Made by a program: the position numbers and the translations under genes. The notes beneath the pieces were generated by a model. It saw only the letters and a list, made by a program, of their open reading frames with translations. It made no database searches and had not been told where the DNA came from. This document shows, in pieces, positions 57,939 through 58,211 of a DNA stretch of 58,211 nt. The stretch is from a virus, in IMG/VR virus record IMGVR_UViG_3300029763_000003, one strand, 5' to 3'. The first letter of the stretch is position 1; the number at the start of each line of letters is the position of its first letter.

Positions 57939-58211
57939 TTAAAAGAACTGCCCGATCGTTTCTAATCCTTTTTCTACCTTCTTCATTATGCTGTTTTCGG
58001 ATAGATACTCCATGCCTTTCAAGGTAATCTGCGGGTGAATCGGCTCTACAATATGCGGGAACTTGTTCGTCAGGTCTTGCGTGTAGACCAGACCGCGAAT
58101 GAATCCGTTCATTTGCAGTTCGATCATAATCTGCTCCCAGTCAGAGACCTTCATCTTCATTGCTTTTGCAGAGATAAGCTCATAGTCAAATTCTTCATCG
58201 CCCTTGTGCTT
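57939..58211 (-). CDS. YjcQ-like winged-helix protein, C-terminal part. It continues at 124-168 across the circular junction.
   Basis: Same reading frame as 1-168. Bases 58089-58211 duplicate 1-123. Confidence 0.6.
   Translation of the reverse strand, partial: KHKGDEEFDYELISAKAMKMKVSDWEQIMIELQMNGFIRGLVYTQDLTNKFPHIVEPIHPQITLKGMEYLSENSIMKKVEKGLETIGQFF
58089..58211. repeat. Second copy of the 123-bp terminal repeat.
   Basis: Identical to 1-123. Confidence 0.95.

Noticed and set aside
1-58211. Diversity-generating retroelement, retron or CRISPR array.
   Set aside because: No reverse-transcriptase-like ORF (no YxDD-type motif) was seen in any frame. No TR/VR pair was seen near the fibre genes. 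All repeat arrays have 7-17-bp units without uniform 25-40-bp spacers, so they are iterons or operators, not CRISPRs.
1-58211. Genome-wide stop-codon reassignment, prompted by the in-frame TAA at 30835 and the odd tRNA-like gene.
   Set aside because: All long structural and replication genes are intact under the standard code, and many genes end in TAA with tight coupling to the next start. Only one locus shows an interrupted frame.

Overview
The window is a complete, circularly closed mobile element. Bases 1-123 are identical to 58089-58211, so the unique length is 58,088 bp. It reads as a temperate siphovirus-type phage of a Firmicutes/Clostridia-like host that appears to be maintained as a plasmid (a phage-plasmid). 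I found no tyrosine or large-serine integrase. Instead there are a Rep_3-type initiator with iterons (25.8-27.7 kb), a Walker-type ParA with small partner proteins, and a small serine resolvase. Nearly all other genes run on the minus strand: (1) a repressor/Cro-like switch at 23.5-24.4 kb; (2) an early operon at 23.7 -> 7.7 kb with Sak4-like ATPase, SSB-like protein, RecU-like resolvase, MazG-like protein, HNH, a TerS-like protein, SPFH, DnaB and a replisome organizer; (3) a 1.7-kb non-coding origin-like region at 5.9-7.7 kb; (4) the late operon at 57.8 -> 35.5 kb with TerL, tRNAs, portal, scaffold, capsid, tail, tape measure, receptor-binding proteins/fibres and lysis genes. The most unusual items: (a) a strict 10-bp-phased RAGCC array inside the ORF after parA, with a second in-phase mini-array 7.5 kb away; (b) a translationally coupled RHH/AAA+ operon whose proteins share an EDFL(D/E)(E/D) tail encoded by a repeated 24-nt junction, and whose last gene carries an in-frame TAA followed by 50 open codons; (c) an orphan six-gene cysteine-rich/low-complexity cassette (31.0-34.1 kb); (d) a second origin-like region with 12 ATAGTCG boxes; (e) an aberrant tRNA-like element next to an initiator-like tRNA-Met; (f) terS/HNH lying about 15 kb from terL. 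All calls come from reading the sequence and from remembered family motifs. No database search was run.
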